64,000 nt of DNA from a phage, in sequence record PX421306.1. The stretch is one strand, 5' to 3'. Each line of letters opens with the position of its first letter. Within the stretch, counting starts at the first letter, position 1. Under the pieces are notes generated by a model that saw only the letters and a program-made list of their open reading frames with translations, was not told where the DNA came from and ran no database searches. Below, piece after piece: positions 18,483-28,273 of the stretch. A program made the position numbers and the translations under genes.

Positions 18483-19802
18483 TCATACATAAAACACATC
18501 ATAACGACCACGTGTTACACCAACATAAAGAAGCTGCTGAGCCAATTCAGCATCTGCATAATGGATACAAGGCGTATAGATAAAAGCACGGTCTACAGAC
18601 ATGCCCTGAGCTTTGTGGAATGTTGATGCAGGAAGTGCTTTCACTTTACTAAACTGTGATTTAGCATCCCAAAAATCACTCCATGGAGCTTTTCCACCTT
18701 TATTCCAATTTTTATAAGTTTCTGCCGTTTTACCTAAAAATAAGTTAAACTTATACAGCTCTTCATCAGATGAAATTATTTTAATCTTTTCACGATAATA
18801 TTCATCATCGCCGTAAGTTTCTACTGTTAAATCCCAATGACGAATTAGATATTCTCCAGGAACACCACGAGCTTTAACAAATGTTGATGTATACTCTGCT
18901 TCTATAATACGAACTAATTGTCCGTTATTAAAAATAATTTCTGACACAGGCTTTCCATCAATTTTATATGTTTTAATTAATGGTTCCTGCATTACAATAA
19001 TTTCACCAACGATAAAATCTTTATCAGTTTCAAAAATCTTTTTGCGAATAATGCTATTTAACTTATCAACAGATTTATTCGTAAATGCCATTACACGATT
19101 TTCAAACAAATCATCTAGCGATTTGACGATTGAAAAATAATTTACCATAAAATCGCGTAAAGCGGTATCACCAGTAAATCCACGTACTCCATGTCCGTCA
19201 ACAATTTTATCATAAATCCACTTACCATTACGAACATCAGTAGCTACATCAATAATAGGAGCATTACTGCGTTTAACTTCAGTGAGTTCACACTGATAAA
19301 AATCTTTGTGTGTAAAGAATGGACTGATATAAGCGGTGTTTTCTCCTGGGTCAACAGGTCTAATTTGCTTATTATCGCCTATTCCAATTATAGTACACCA
19401 TGGCGGGATAGTTGAAAGCAAAATTTTAAATAGCTTTCTATCATACATTGACACTTCGTCGCAGATTAATACTCTGCATTTAGCTAAATCCGGTACTTCT
19501 TTTTGCTCAAAAAGAACGTTTTCTTCGTATGTTACTGGGTTAATTTTAAGAATACTGTGAATAGTACTCGCTTCTTTCCCTGACAGTTTTGAAAGAATCT
19601 TTTTAGCTGCATGAGTAGGAGCTGCTAAAATAATGCCAGTTTCGCCCGTAGATATTAAGGCTTCAATGATGAACTTAGTAAGAGTAGTCTTACCAGTACC
19701 AGCAGGTCCATTAATAGTTACATGATGTTTCTTTTCTTTAATAGCCCTCATAACGATGTTAAAGGCATTTTTCTGGCCTTCTGTCAAATCATCAAATGTC
19801 AT
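18483..19802 (-). CDS. dda: Dda DNA helicase (SF1)
   Basis: 439 aa; Walker A GPAGTGKT; length and sequence match T4 Dda. Confidence 0.95.
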   Translation of the reverse strand: MTFDDLTEGQKNAFNIVMRAIKEKKHHVTINGPAGTGKTTLTKFIIEALISTGETGIILAAPTHAAKKILSKLSGKEASTIHSILKINPVTYEENVLFEQKEVPDLAKCRVLICDEVSMYDRKLFKILLSTIPPWCTIIGIGDNKQIRPVDPGENTAYISPFFTHKDFYQCELTEVKRSNAPIIDVATDVRNGKWIYDKIVDGHGVRGFTGDTALRDFMVNYFSIVKSLDDLFENRVMAFTNKSVDKLNSIIRKKIFETDKDFIVGEIIVMQEPLIKTYKIDGKPVSEIIFNNGQLVRIIEAEYTSTFVKARGVPGEYLIRHWDLTVETYGDDEYYREKIKIISSDEELYKFNLFLGKTAETYKNWNKGGKAPWSDFWDAKSQFSKVKALPASTFHKAQGMSVDRAFIYTPCIHYADAELAQQLLYVGVTRGRYDVFYV

Positions 19803-20110
19803 CGTAAATTCCCTGCAATTGGTATACTAACAATACGCCCAGTATCTAAAATTCGCCGATATAATCTTTGTGTGTCTACATCAGGCTTAACATGTTTAAC
19901 TTCTATTTTATTAAACCAAAACTTGCGTGGAGTCTCAACTAATCTCGGAATTCCCATACCTAAAGCTAGTCGATACTGCTCTTTAAGAGTTGTAAAAACT
20001 TTATCGGCAATCTCCCTTTCAAAAAATACAGCAGGACGGTGTTCATCAAGAGGAACAGGCACCGCAAATCCATCTTTATCTCTATACACTATCGCATATA
20101 CATAAAACAT
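19799..20110 (-). CDS. Hypothetical protein (103 aa), dda.1 position
   Basis: ORF track; ATG confirmed; stop overlaps dda start. Confidence 0.75.
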   Translation of the reverse strand: MFYVYAIVYRDKDGFAVPVPLDEHRPAVFFEREIADKVFTTLKEQYRLALGMGIPRLVETPRKFWFNKIEVKHVKPDVDTQRLYRRILDTGRIVSIPIAGNLR

Positions 20111-20111
20111 A

Positions 20112-20858
20112 TTATCCTCGGATAAGTTTAAAAATTGAACAATTTAGCGGGTATCCTCTTTTCAGTTTAAGTTTATCAATAAAAGACAAGTTTTGATACC
20201 GCTCTACACCCTGAATAATTTTATCACACATATCATATTGCATTTCTGCTTCTGACAACTTTTTCACAGTTTTCCAATCAGAGCCTTTAAGAAGAACGTT
20301 CAATTTAACAACTTCAGCGCCTTCTGCTATACGAGAACCATCAATACGAGCTTTGAGTGCTATAATCGTTAGCTTAACGTCAGAAGTTTGTTTTGATTTA
20401 GAAAGCTGAGAAATGTGCTCAATTCGGTTTTCACGTTTTTTCTGTATAGCTTTAATTTGATTATAAGTCTTTTTGATTTTAGCCCATTTCTTTTCATCTA
20501 AATTTAGTTTATGAACTTTTTTCGCAGATGAACGACCAATTCGCAAAGCAAATAAATCACGCTTTTCAATCAACTCTTCTAAAGTATAATCAGAACGAAA
20601 TGTATTGTACTTTTTCTTTACTGCAATAACATTCCCTTTAATGTATCCAACGTTATTATCAAAACGTTCTAATGATAATTTCTCTCCTTCAATACGATTA
20701 TCAAAAGGTTCTCCTGAGTAAGCGCAAACTTTCTGATCTAAAATGTTCTTAATGTAATTGAAGTCTAAGTTAAAATCTTTAGAACGTCTTTTAGCTGATG
20801 CCTGAGTATGCTCTAGACGACGTGTAATTTTACGAATTTGATTTTTAGACAGTTTCAT
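20112..20858 (-). CDS. Basic 248-aa protein at the srd position
   Basis: ORF track; ATG confirmed; Lys/Arg-rich; identity with T4 Srd not verified. Confidence 0.8.
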   Translation of the reverse strand: MKLSKNQIRKITRRLEHTQASAKRRSKDFNLDFNYIKNILDQKVCAYSGEPFDNRIEGEKLSLERFDNNVGYIKGNVIAVKKKYNTFRSDYTLEELIEKRDLFALRIGRSSAKKVHKLNLDEKKWAKIKKTYNQIKAIQKKRENRIEHISQLSKSKQTSDVKLTIIALKARIDGSRIAEGAEVVKLNVLLKGSDWKTVKKLSEAEMQYDMCDKIIQGVERYQNLSFIDKLKLKRGYPLNCSIFKLIRG

Positions 20859-20882
20859 ATTTTTCTCACGGACGGGTTAACT

Positions 20883-20923
20883 ACTTATACTATAACATTT
20901 TTACTTCAGCTTGTAAACAACTT
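20883..20923 (-). promoter_or_regulatory. Early promoter
   Basis: Minus GTTTACAAGCTGA... (plus 20913-20918), 18 bp, TATAGT (plus 20889-20894). Confidence 0.6.
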
Positions 20924-20974
20924 TATGAAAAATGCTTTAAAACTTTCATGGTATAATGAATCTAAGTCCTTCCA

Positions 20975-21577
20975 TTATAGATTAAATCCTTCAAAATCAA
21001 GAGTATAGATAGTATATGTTGAATACTTTTTATACTCGTATCTATCCGCAATTCTAAATACACTTCCAGCTGGTATCATTACTTCTTGTTCATCTGAAAC
21101 TAATTCCATATTACGATAGCGATGACTATCCGGAAACTTAAAACTTGGACTATATTCTTTACAACGTAGAGCTTTTATAGCATACTCCTGAAAATTAAAT
21201 ACCATAGGAGCTTTGAATTCAAAAATAACTTGCGTGTTGTATTCTAATCCAGAAGCAAAATGCAGAGCTATATTTTTATCATATGAAGCTGATACTACTT
21301 TATCGAATGTAATAATATCAATTCCTTGATTTAACACCTGTTTAGTCTCAACTGGAACACCTCTCCAAAGAGGTTTATCGTTTGGAACCAAACGAGATTT
21401 GATTATTTCATTTAACCAAGAATGATCGTCTGGCTTATTAGTAATACAATGAATTAAAAGTTCAATTTCAGATAAATTAAATCCTTCAGAAAGTAATTCT
21501 TCACGAATAGAAGCACGCACCGATGCATCCATTGATTTTATTTTAAAATCTTTTAATTGCATTGCTGAATATTTCAT
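20975..21577 (-). CDS. modA: ADP-ribosyltransferase ModA
   Basis: 200 aa; length and position match T4 ModA. Confidence 0.85.
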   Translation of the reverse strand: MKYSAMQLKDFKIKSMDASVRASIREELLSEGFNLSEIELLIHCITNKPDDHSWLNEIIKSRLVPNDKPLWRGVPVETKQVLNQGIDIITFDKVVSASYDKNIALHFASGLEYNTQVIFEFKAPMVFNFQEYAIKALRCKEYSPSFKFPDSHRYRNMELVSDEQEVMIPAGSVFRIADRYEYKKYSTYTIYTLDFEGFNL

Positions 21578-22209
21578 TCAACTACCTCAATATCATACAC
21601 TTTAAATGTTCCAAACGAATCATGTAATTTTTCTTTTGAAATAGAAGTTATTTTATACTTTCCAATTGGAATCATCCATTCTTGTTCACGTACAATCATC
21701 ATTAAGTTATCAGTACGTTCTGAATCTAATCCATCAGTATCTTCATATGTATACTTAAACTCAGTATTAGGAGAAGAAAGTATAATATCGCTGATATGGT
21801 CAGAGTAATTAAAAGCTTTATCAGTTTTTAAGCGAAGTACTATTTCAGTGAAATATTCAGCATAGGAAAAAGAACACGCTGTATGCAAACTAGTAGTAAA
21901 TGAATCTACTCTGTTCGTTGAAAACACTTCTCCAACTTGTAAATCTTTAATGAGTTCTTTTGTCGATTTTGATATACCACGATATAACTGATAAGGTGAT
22001 TCAGTTAAATGCTTTTTAATGATTTTATTCAACTGCCGATGAAGAGCTTCATTCTTTTTGGCTTCCATACATTGCCAAAGAATTGACTGTTCAAAGTCAG
22101 TAAATTTTTCACAGACCTTTTTATACATATCATATTGAAAATCGACACTTTCAGCTTTTATAGATAACTGTTCAACATCTGCGAGATTAATAATCATGAT
22201 AGCCTCCAT
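21574..22209 (-). CDS. modB: ADP-ribosyltransferase ModB
   Basis: 211 aa paralog directly upstream of modA; stop overlaps modA start. Confidence 0.85.
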   Translation of the reverse strand: MEAIMIINLADVEQLSIKAESVDFQYDMYKKVCEKFTDFEQSILWQCMEAKKNEALHRQLNKIIKKHLTESPYQLYRGISKSTKELIKDLQVGEVFSTNRVDSFTTSLHTACSFSYAEYFTEIVLRLKTDKAFNYSDHISDIILSSPNTEFKYTYEDTDGLDSERTDNLMMIVREQEWMIPIGKYKITSISKEKLHDSFGTFKVYDIEVVE

Positions 22210-22217
22210 ATACTTCA

Positions 22218-22258
22218 GAAGCTATCATATCATTGTTAGGAAGGAAAGTAAACAACTT
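22218..22258 (-). promoter_or_regulatory. Early promoter for modB-modA
   Basis: Minus GTTTAC (plus 22248-22253), 18 bp, TATGAT (plus 22224-22229). Confidence 0.55.
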
Positions 22259-22264
22259 TTTGAA

Positions 22265-22447
22265 TTATTTTGCCCAGGGAGCCCAGGGCGGAGGGTCAAG
22301 ATGGTATGAAGCTAGTTCTTCTAGAAGAGCATCTGGGGCTTCAATTCCATAATTCTGTAATACTATACGGTACTCTTTCTTATAATCACTAGAATCATTC
22401 TGGATATTCGTAGAATGATTATCTTCTAACATCTCAAATAAATCCAT
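22265..22447 (-). CDS. Hypothetical protein (60 aa)
   Basis: ORF track; ATG confirmed. Confidence 0.6.
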   Translation of the reverse strand: MDLFEMLEDNHSTNIQNDSSDYKKEYRIVLQNYGIEAPDALLEELASYHLDPPPWAPWAK

Positions 22448-22455
22448 ATTAATTC

Positions 22456-22926
22456 CTAGCGATAAAAACCAAAATAACGATTAGTTTCAATAATCTTTCT
22501 TTCTTCTTCGGACATTCTCCAGCGTAGTCCAACATCAAAATGAGCCCAGACCATCTTAACAAATGCATTTATATCTTTAATATCTTCAATAATGAATGTT
22601 TTACTTTTAGAAGGTTGACTCGCTAATTTAACTTTATCGTCTTCAAACAGGTCAAAAAGACCATATTCATGAGCTCTTTTATAGCCTTTAATAGTTAAAG
22701 CTTCAGAAGAAGAAAATGGTGAATCAGTATTCTGCAAAATATCTTCAGTATGCTTTATAATTAGAATAACATTTTCTGGATATTTTCTTTCTTTTATATC
22801 TTTAATTAAAAGATCCGGATTTTCTGCTAAAGGAATAATTAATGAGCACTTTTTATCAAGTGTATTTACTGATTTACCTTCTTTGGACATAAATTCTATT
22901 GAATAATGTTTTGCTACTTCAATCAT
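22456..22926 (-). CDS. Hypothetical protein (156 aa)
   Basis: ORF track; ATG confirmed. Confidence 0.75.
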   Translation of the reverse strand: MIEVAKHYSIEFMSKEGKSVNTLDKKCSLIIPLAENPDLLIKDIKERKYPENVILIIKHTEDILQNTDSPFSSSEALTIKGYKRAHEYGLFDLFEDDKVKLASQPSKSKTFIIEDIKDINAFVKMVWAHFDVGLRWRMSEEERKIIETNRYFGFYR

Positions 22927-23071
22927 GTGATTTCCTCTTGCCTACTAATGGGCCGTCAGGAATTTTGTTTTCCTGGATATATTTCTCATTTTCTTCCATC
23001 ATTTTACTGCCAATTTTAAGAAGCAAATCCAATGCTTCATTTGCTTTAGCCTTGGCCTCTTCTAGCGTCAT
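22919..23071 (-). CDS. Small ORF (50 aa)
   Basis: Hand-translated [36 protein letters not shown]...; stop overlaps downstream ATG. Confidence 0.4.
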   Translation of the reverse strand: MTLEEAKAKANEALDLLLKIGSKMMEENEKYIQENKIPDGPLVGKRKSHD

Positions 23072-23079
23072 ATCTCTGT

Positions 23080-23283
23080 TCACGATTTATCCCCATAGAT
23101 GTCTCTCATCAATTTAAGCGCTGAGCGTTCTAATTTCTTTTCTTTCTCAACGCTAATCATTGATTTCATCCATTCTTCTGATTCGTTCTGCATTTCTTTA
23201 TTTGCTTGTTCAACCCAACCATCATCAATGTACATTGAGTTTGGTCTATTGAACCATTCAAACATTTTCTTCAGAACTTTCAT
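23080..23283 (-). CDS. Hypothetical protein (67 aa)
   Basis: ORF track; ATG confirmed. Confidence 0.65.
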   Translation of the reverse strand: MKVLKKMFEWFNRPNSMYIDDGWVEQANKEMQNESEEWMKSMISVEKEKKLERSALKLMRDIYGDKS

Positions 23284-23743
23284 TTGTTTTACCTAAAACA
23301 ACAGTAGGAGCATCATCAAATTCATGAATTTTTAGCAAATTTGGATGTAAACTATTCCACACAGAAGAAATAAAGTATGATAAAGCATCTTCGTCCACAA
23401 TTATAAATTTATTTCCTTTATCTATTTTCCAACTATATACTGAATCGTACGAATAAAAAGATAAAGGTTCATCATTATATTTTTCTGTGTTAACATTAAT
23501 GTATTCTGATTTAGTAAATGCTTCAATTGCTCTAAATGGAATATTTGGTACAGTTTCAATAATACCAATCTTTTTAAGTTTTATTTCAGCATCTTCTGGA
23601 ACTGGCATTGAAACAAAATTTTCTACGAGATACATTGGGTCACAATAACCCTTATCAATCATTACTGCTACTGTAATTGGAATATCTTTAGCAAACGCCA
23701 TGCTATCACTGCTAATATACATTTCAAACAAAATCGCTTCCAT
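23258..23743 (-). CDS. Hypothetical protein (161 aa)
   Basis: Track ORF trimmed from TTG to ATG with SD GAGGAAAATT. Confidence 0.75.
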   Translation of the reverse strand: MEAILFEMYISSDSMAFAKDIPITVAVMIDKGYCDPMYLVENFVSMPVPEDAEIKLKKIGIIETVPNIPFRAIEAFTKSEYINVNTEKYNDEPLSFYSYDSVYSWKIDKGNKFIIVDEDALSYFISSVWNSLHPNLLKIHEFDDAPTVVLGKTNESSEENV

Positions 23744-23751
23744 AATTTTCC

Positions 23752-24084
23752 TCAATCACAAGATGTAGATGAACAACTAGAATCACAAGAACTTCCACAC
23801 GAATCGCCCGTCCATACATGAACAGGAACATTAGTGTCATATGAATCAGAACTAGACTGCGTATTAGATGATGTAGTAGGTGTTGACCAGCGCCAAGGAT
23901 TTTTATAATATTCTTGGGCTTCTTCATAAGTCATAGTAACTGCTTCTACTGTTCCATCTCCCATATAAACATATTCAACTACAGTTAAAGGAAGGTAGTC
24001 ATTTGAAATAGGAACTACACCTTCCCCAGGAGTCGTAGAGAAAAAATCCGTAAAGAAGCTTTTAAACCAATTAAAGATAAACAT
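23752..24084 (-). CDS. Hypothetical protein (110 aa) with Ser/Cys-rich C-terminal tail
   Basis: ORF track; C-terminus ...[18 protein letters not shown] encoded by short TCTTGTGAT-like repeats. Confidence 0.75.
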   Translation of the reverse strand: MFIFNWFKSFFTDFFSTTPGEGVVPISNDYLPLTVVEYVYMGDGTVEAVTMTYEEAQEYYKNPWRWSTPTTSSNTQSSSDSYDTNVPVHVWTGDSCGSSCDSSCSSTSCD

Positions 24085-24290
24085 TACAAAAAGCCTCTCT
24101 TGAATTCGACTTGCTTCTCGCCATAATCATATCGAATCTCTGCATTAAATTCGACAGAACCATCTGCGTACATCATAAATGAATGCACAACAACTTCTGT
24201 AGACCATGGCTGTAGTTCATATTTCTTCATTACATGCCGTGAAATGATAATATCTAAATCTTCATTTGGTTTAATCCAGCGATTTAACAT
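24084..24290 (-). CDS. Hypothetical protein (68 aa)
   Basis: ORF track; ATG confirmed. Confidence 0.7.
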   Translation of the reverse strand: MLNRWIKPNEDLDIIISRHVMKKYELQPWSTEVVVHSFMMYADGSVEFNAEIRYDYGEKQVEFKRGFL

Positions 24291-24310
24291 AGTGCTCTCC
24301 TCTATAAGAT

Positions 24311-24351
24311 AATTTTATTATACCATACTCATTTTGGAAAGTAAACCGGTA
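24311..24351 (-). promoter_or_regulatory. Early promoter
   Basis: Minus GTTTAC (plus 24341-24346), 18 bp, TGG + TATAAT (plus 24317-24322). Confidence 0.65.
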
Positions 24352-24380
24352 AAATGAAAAAGGACTCCCGGAGGAGTCCT
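24351..24380 (-). terminator. Intrinsic terminator downstream of soc
   Basis: aggactcc-cgga-ggagtcct, 8-bp stem, preceded on plus by an A-run (U-tract on minus RNA). Confidence 0.7.
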
Positions 24381-24385
24381 TGAAA

Positions 24386-24631
24386 TTATTCACCAGTTAC
24401 TTTCCACAAATCTTCGTTTGCAGTAATCCATTCAGTACGTTGATTTTCTTCATATACTGTAGAATATGCTGCTTTTTCTGAAGGGAATGTCTGGTAATGA
24501 GAGCCAGAAATTTTGTGAACGTCAGAATAAAGAGGGAAAGCTACAGAAATTTCCTTTCCTTCAATTTTCTTATTTCCATCTAATTTTTGCTCAAATGTTT
24601 TGATATTAACATAACCGCGAGTACTAGCCAT
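24386..24631 (-). CDS. soc: Small outer capsid protein Soc
   Basis: 81 aa MASTRGYVNIKTFEQKLDGNKKIEGKEISVAFPLYSD..., matching remembered T4 Soc. Confidence 0.9.
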   Translation of the reverse strand: MASTRGYVNIKTFEQKLDGNKKIEGKEISVAFPLYSDVHKISGSHYQTFPSEKAAYSTVYEENQRTEWITANEDLWKVTGE

Positions 24632-24647
24632 GTAATTCTCCTTTTAT

Positions 24648-24857
24648 TTAAATTACATGACTATTTATAATAAATTCTTGCGGAACGCTAAAATATCCAA
24701 TTTTAGTTAATATAACAACATCACCGTTAATAACTACCGGAGAATAATCGGCTGGAGCATTAAACTTCCAATGAGCTCTAATATTATATCCATCAGAACC
24801 AAATGCTCGACTAGCCGGTCTCCCGGCTTTTTGCCATGCATAAAAATCAAATTTCAT
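24648..24857 (-). CDS. Hypothetical protein (69 aa)
   Basis: ORF track; ATG confirmed. Confidence 0.65.
   Translation of the reverse strand: MKFDFYAWQKAGRPASRAFGSDGYNIRAHWKFNAPADYSPVVINGDVVILTKIGYFSVPQEFIINSHVI
24658..24672 (-). promoter_or_regulatory. Late promoter (TATAAATA) for soc
   Basis: Minus-strand TATAAATA (plus 24662-24669) about 30 nt upstream of the soc ATG. Confidence 0.65.
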
Positions 24858-25054
24858 TTTGAATGCTCTATAATTAATTTTAAGGCTTCTTCATGCACCT
24901 TACCTAATTGTATATGTCCAGTTTTAATTGTGTAAGCTTTGTGGAGCTGATTAGATAAGAGCTCACATACGAGCTCCTTGTCATAATTTTTAAATAGCTG
25001 GTCAATACGTTTCTTGTGGGCTTTCTTAAGCTGGCGTTTATTTAAACGAGCCAT
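24854..25054 (-). CDS. Hypothetical basic protein (66 aa)
   Basis: ORF track; ATG confirmed; K/R-rich. Confidence 0.65.
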   Translation of the reverse strand: MARLNKRQLKKAHKKRIDQLFKNYDKELVCELLSNQLHKAYTIKTGHIQLGKVHEEALKLIIEHSK

Positions 25055-25572
25055 TAATAACCTCGGTCTTGACGAGCGAAGTTTTCAGCATTTTTCAGAT
25101 AATAAAGTTTAAAGATTTCTTCAGCAGTAAGGCCGAGACCTTGGAACATGTTCAGAACGAAATGAAGAATATCAATCATTTCGAATTTAATTTCCAACTG
25201 GTCTTGTGGAGACAAATCAGTAATTAGAGTTTCACGGCGTTCACCATGCTGTGACTTCCAAGGCTTCCATACAGCAGATGCATCTTTTTCACCATTGCTC
25301 ATACCGCCAAGAGATGTCAGAAGTTCACGGAATTCATCATCAATGTAATCTTTCTGATTACGCAGCCAATCAACAACTTCGCCTGCGGTAGCCAAATCAT
25401 CAGGATGACGGTTATATTCAGGTTTATCTTTAGCTAAACGAACCTGCAAAGATTTCTGCATATCAAGCATAACTTGCAGTGGGTCTTTTTCGTCACCGAG
25501 AATATCCCAGTATTCATTTTGAGCTTTATCAGCGCCTTCGATCAGTTGCGAACATTCATTAAAGTAAGCCAT
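25054..25572 (-). CDS. 56: dCTP pyrophosphatase gp56 (MazG-like)
   Basis: 171 aa from internal ATG MAYFNECSQLIEG... with SD GAAAGGAAAAATA; the track N-terminal extension was rejected. Confidence 0.9.
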   Translation of the reverse strand: MAYFNECSQLIEGADKAQNEYWDILGDEKDPLQVMLDMQKSLQVRLAKDKPEYNRHPDDLATAGEVVDWLRNQKDYIDDEFRELLTSLGGMSNGEKDASAVWKPWKSQHGERRETLITDLSPQDQLEIKFEMIDILHFVLNMFQGLGLTAEEIFKLYYLKNAENFARQDRGY

Positions 25573-25599
25573 TATTTTTCCTTTCAATTCATGGGTTAG

Positions 25600-25640
25600 T
25601 AGATTAATTATACAATAAATATATAAAGCAATAAGGAGGA
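25600..25640 (-). promoter_or_regulatory. MotA-dependent middle promoter for gene 56
   Basis: Minus ATTGCTTTA (MotA box; TGCTT = plus 25626-25630), 12 bp, TATAAT (plus 25607-25612). Confidence 0.55.
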
Positions 25641-25643
25641 CAT

Positions 25644-25844
25644 ATGGTACAAAAATTAATGGCACTTGTTAATGCCATAAAAGGTAATAAAAAACGTATA
25701 GCTTTTACTATTTCTGCTATGGTAGGAATTTTACTTTGGAATTTTGTTTTATCACCAATTGCTATTGCTCATGGTGTTAATATTCCAGTAATTACTCTTG
25801 ATACATTCGTAGATTTAGCATTTGCTTTAGTTGGGTTAATTTAA
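25644..25844 (+). CDS. Small hydrophobic protein (66 aa) on the opposite strand
   Basis: ATG with AAGGAGG SD 4 nt upstream; hydrophobic (MVQKLMALVNAIKGNKKRIAFTISAMVGILLWNFVLSPIAIAHG...); converges on gene 61 stop. Confidence 0.5.
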   Translation: MVQKLMALVNAIKGNKKRIAFTISAMVGILLWNFVLSPIAIAHGVNIPVITLDTFVDLAFALVGLI

Positions 25845-26869
25845 ATCTTAGCATATTTAAATAGCCGCATTTTAGCCATCAACCCCTGGGCAATATTATT
25901 TTTCATATATTCCATAATTTGTTCAGGGGTTGCACCTTCCTTTCTAATCATATCATTAACATCTTTTGATTTCCAGGGAGATTTATCCCAAAACATAACC
26001 CTTTCTCCTGCATCAACCAATTTAGTCATTCGTTTAATAGTGTCAGGATGACGAGGTTCATTATCTAAAACCCACACACGTCTATCTTTAAATGGAACAA
26101 TTTCTAGGTCTAATTGACCACCTGTAATAGCTATACCATTTTCAATAAAAAGTGAATCTATAGGTCCTTCTAGAACATATACATCACCATCTTTAACTCG
26201 TTCAACGCCATAGATTTTTGTTGCTTCAGGATAAGCTTTGATGGTGATATATTTTTGAGGAGCATCTTTCTTTAATGCACGTCCTTGAAAAGACTCAGCT
26301 TTTCCATTAGCATTATAAATTGGAATAACAAGACGAGGCTCAGGTATTTCCTTTTTGTATGTTCCTGGTGCTATGCTATTAACTAATTTAGGCCATTCGG
26401 TTGTAAACCAAAGATATTTCCATTTATCCTTTGGAATACAGCGAGCTTTTACATATTTTATAATTGGATGGTCTTCCGCCAATTTATCTAATCTAATGCA
26501 TGACGGAAGAGATTTAATTATTTTCTTCTCAGGTTGTTTAGGAAGTTCTTTAGGTTTTTCTACTGGACGACTTTTACCTTTTTCTTTTCTTATTTCAAAG
26601 ATATACTCACGATATAAATCGGGTTCAAACTCCTTTAAATATATTCCGATTGGTGCATGATAGTTGCAGTTATAACAATGAATATTTCCTTCATTATTAT
26701 CGCCATAATACCATCCACGGGCTTTATTTTGGTCGGTTTTTGAATCTCCACAAACAGGGCATCTAAACCGCAATTTAAAAGTTGAACTATTATTTACTTG
26801 TGTGAATTTAGGTAAATGAGCTAATGCACGATATGCAAACTCATTATCAATCCAAGGTATTGATGACAT
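25841..26869 (-). CDS. 61: DNA primase gp61
   Basis: 342 aa; zinc-ribbon CPVCGD...CYNC; length and position match T4 gp61. Confidence 0.95.
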   Translation of the reverse strand: MSSIPWIDNEFAYRALAHLPKFTQVNNSSTFKLRFRCPVCGDSKTDQNKARGWYYGDNNEGNIHCYNCNYHAPIGIYLKEFEPDLYREYIFEIRKEKGKSRPVEKPKELPKQPEKKIIKSLPSCIRLDKLAEDHPIIKYVKARCIPKDKWKYLWFTTEWPKLVNSIAPGTYKKEIPEPRLVIPIYNANGKAESFQGRALKKDAPQKYITIKAYPEATKIYGVERVKDGDVYVLEGPIDSLFIENGIAITGGQLDLEIVPFKDRRVWVLDNEPRHPDTIKRMTKLVDAGERVMFWDKSPWKSKDVNDMIRKEGATPEQIMEYMKNNIAQGLMAKMRLFKYAKI

Positions 26870-26871
26870 TT

Positions 26872-27036
26872 TTACTCTTCTTTTTCTTTAGATTCCTCTT
26901 TTTTCTTTTTAGGAATCTGTTCAGGACCTTTATTTACTACAGCGCCTGATGTTGTTCCAGTGGAGATATTTTCAGGATTACCACCTGAATCTCCAGCTAC
27001 CATATCTTCTTTGATAAATTCTTTATATGTTTTCAT
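26872..27036 (-). CDS. Small acidic/basic protein (54 aa), 61.1 position
   Basis: Hand-translated MKTYKEFIKEDMVAGDSGGNPENISTGTTSGAVVNKGPEQIPKKKKEESKEKEE. Confidence 0.55.
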   Translation of the reverse strand: MKTYKEFIKEDMVAGDSGGNPENISTGTTSGAVVNKGPEQIPKKKKEESKEKEE

Positions 27037-27037
27037 A

Positions 27038-27664
27038 TTAACCTCTATTCATAAAAGCATTAAAAATTTGGTCATCAATAGAAACATTCACTTTAGACTG
27101 TTTTTCTGATGGTAATTCATATCCACATATTACAATTTTGTGATCAATATCAAAATACACAGAAGCAATATGATTAATGATGTTTTCAGTAAAGTCTAAA
27201 TCAACATCAATATCTTTTTGACCACAGCCCAAAGGATAAATAATGCGAGTAATTCGATTATCTTTAACAAAGATTCCACCGACATACTCTGTGCTGCGTT
27301 TAAAGTCTACACGCCGACGAAATGAAAAATATTCAGGCTCTTTATGAGCTCTGCTCATAGGACATAACGAGTAACTAGAATAAGAGATGTCAAATCCTAC
27401 GCCTTCAATATGAGCCAAATTATCATGATTAAACCAATTATAATCGTACGCCAAGTCCATTAGATTATAATATGTAAAAGGCACCGGATTAACGTCATTA
27501 GTCACAAGCATGTAATTAGCAACTGCTATAATTTCATTGTTTTTAACGAATACAAACCGTGATTGATGCGAATGACCTGGACCCGCGTTTTCACGATTAA
27601 TGATATAACACTGGGCACCTTTATATTTGTATGTATCTTTGCACTTGTGCATTTGGTAAAGCAT
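27038..27664 (-). CDS. Hypothetical protein (208 aa), 61.2 position
   Basis: ORF track; ATG confirmed. Confidence 0.8.
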   Translation of the reverse strand: MLYQMHKCKDTYKYKGAQCYIINRENAGPGHSHQSRFVFVKNNEIIAVANYMLVTNDVNPVPFTYYNLMDLAYDYNWFNHDNLAHIEGVGFDISYSSYSLCPMSRAHKEPEYFSFRRRVDFKRSTEYVGGIFVKDNRITRIIYPLGCGQKDIDVDLDFTENIINHIASVYFDIDHKIVICGYELPSEKQSKVNVSIDDQIFNAFMNRG

Positions 27665-27957
27665 TATTCACCTACCACTTCAGCGACGATATTTTTATTA
27701 TTAAAGTTTTTATCGCAATATAGAACATAATTATACTGCATTACACCACCAGACTTAAGCTGTTTTTGCACTTCAGCTTTCATTTCAGGACGATCACGCT
27801 CAACGATATTCATAATATCTGCTTCAATTTGAGTTTCAACTTCAGTCTGATCTGCAGTCATAGACCATTCACACAAGTCTTTATCATAACCTGCCATAGC
27901 AGGCTGAGCAGCGCAAGAAGATAAAGCAAAAATTGCAGCAAAGATAAATTTTTTCAT
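27664..27957 (-). CDS. sp: Spackle periplasmic protein (superinfection exclusion, gp5 lysozyme inhibitor)
   Basis: 97 aa with signal peptide MKKFIFAAIFALSSCAAQPAMA; matches remembered T4 Sp. Confidence 0.9.
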   Translation of the reverse strand: MKKFIFAAIFALSSCAAQPAMAGYDKDLCEWSMTADQTEVETQIEADIMNIVERDRPEMKAEVQKQLKSGGVMQYNYVLYCDKNFNNKNIVAEVVGE

Positions 27958-28060
27958 GATAATCTCCTCAGTAGTTTATGTTTATAGTATCTCAATTTTC
28001 AACAAAAGTAAACACTAGTAGAAGCAAACAGACAAATTGCAATAATTGGTGATTTCAGTT

Positions 28061-28243
28061 TCATTCTTCTCCTCCTTCATGTTGATGAACATATTCTTTT
28101 TCAAGTCTAGAGCACAAGTTTTCATATTCAACTAATAAAAATGAATCAAGTGCGTTATTTCTATGCTGACACCGTTCTTGTAAAGAATCCATCTCTGAGC
28201 GTTGTTCTTGTGTTAATAATTGATAACCTGATACTTTAGACAT
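28061..28243 (-). CDS. Hypothetical protein (60 aa), 61.4 position
   Basis: Track ORF trimmed to second ATG with SD GGAGAACAAA. Confidence 0.6.
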   Translation of the reverse strand: MSKVSGYQLLTQEQRSEMDSLQERCQHRNNALDSFLLVEYENLCSRLEKEYVHQHEGGEE

Positions 28244-28273
28244 TTTGTTCTCCATTTACTCGTTTGTTTTGAT

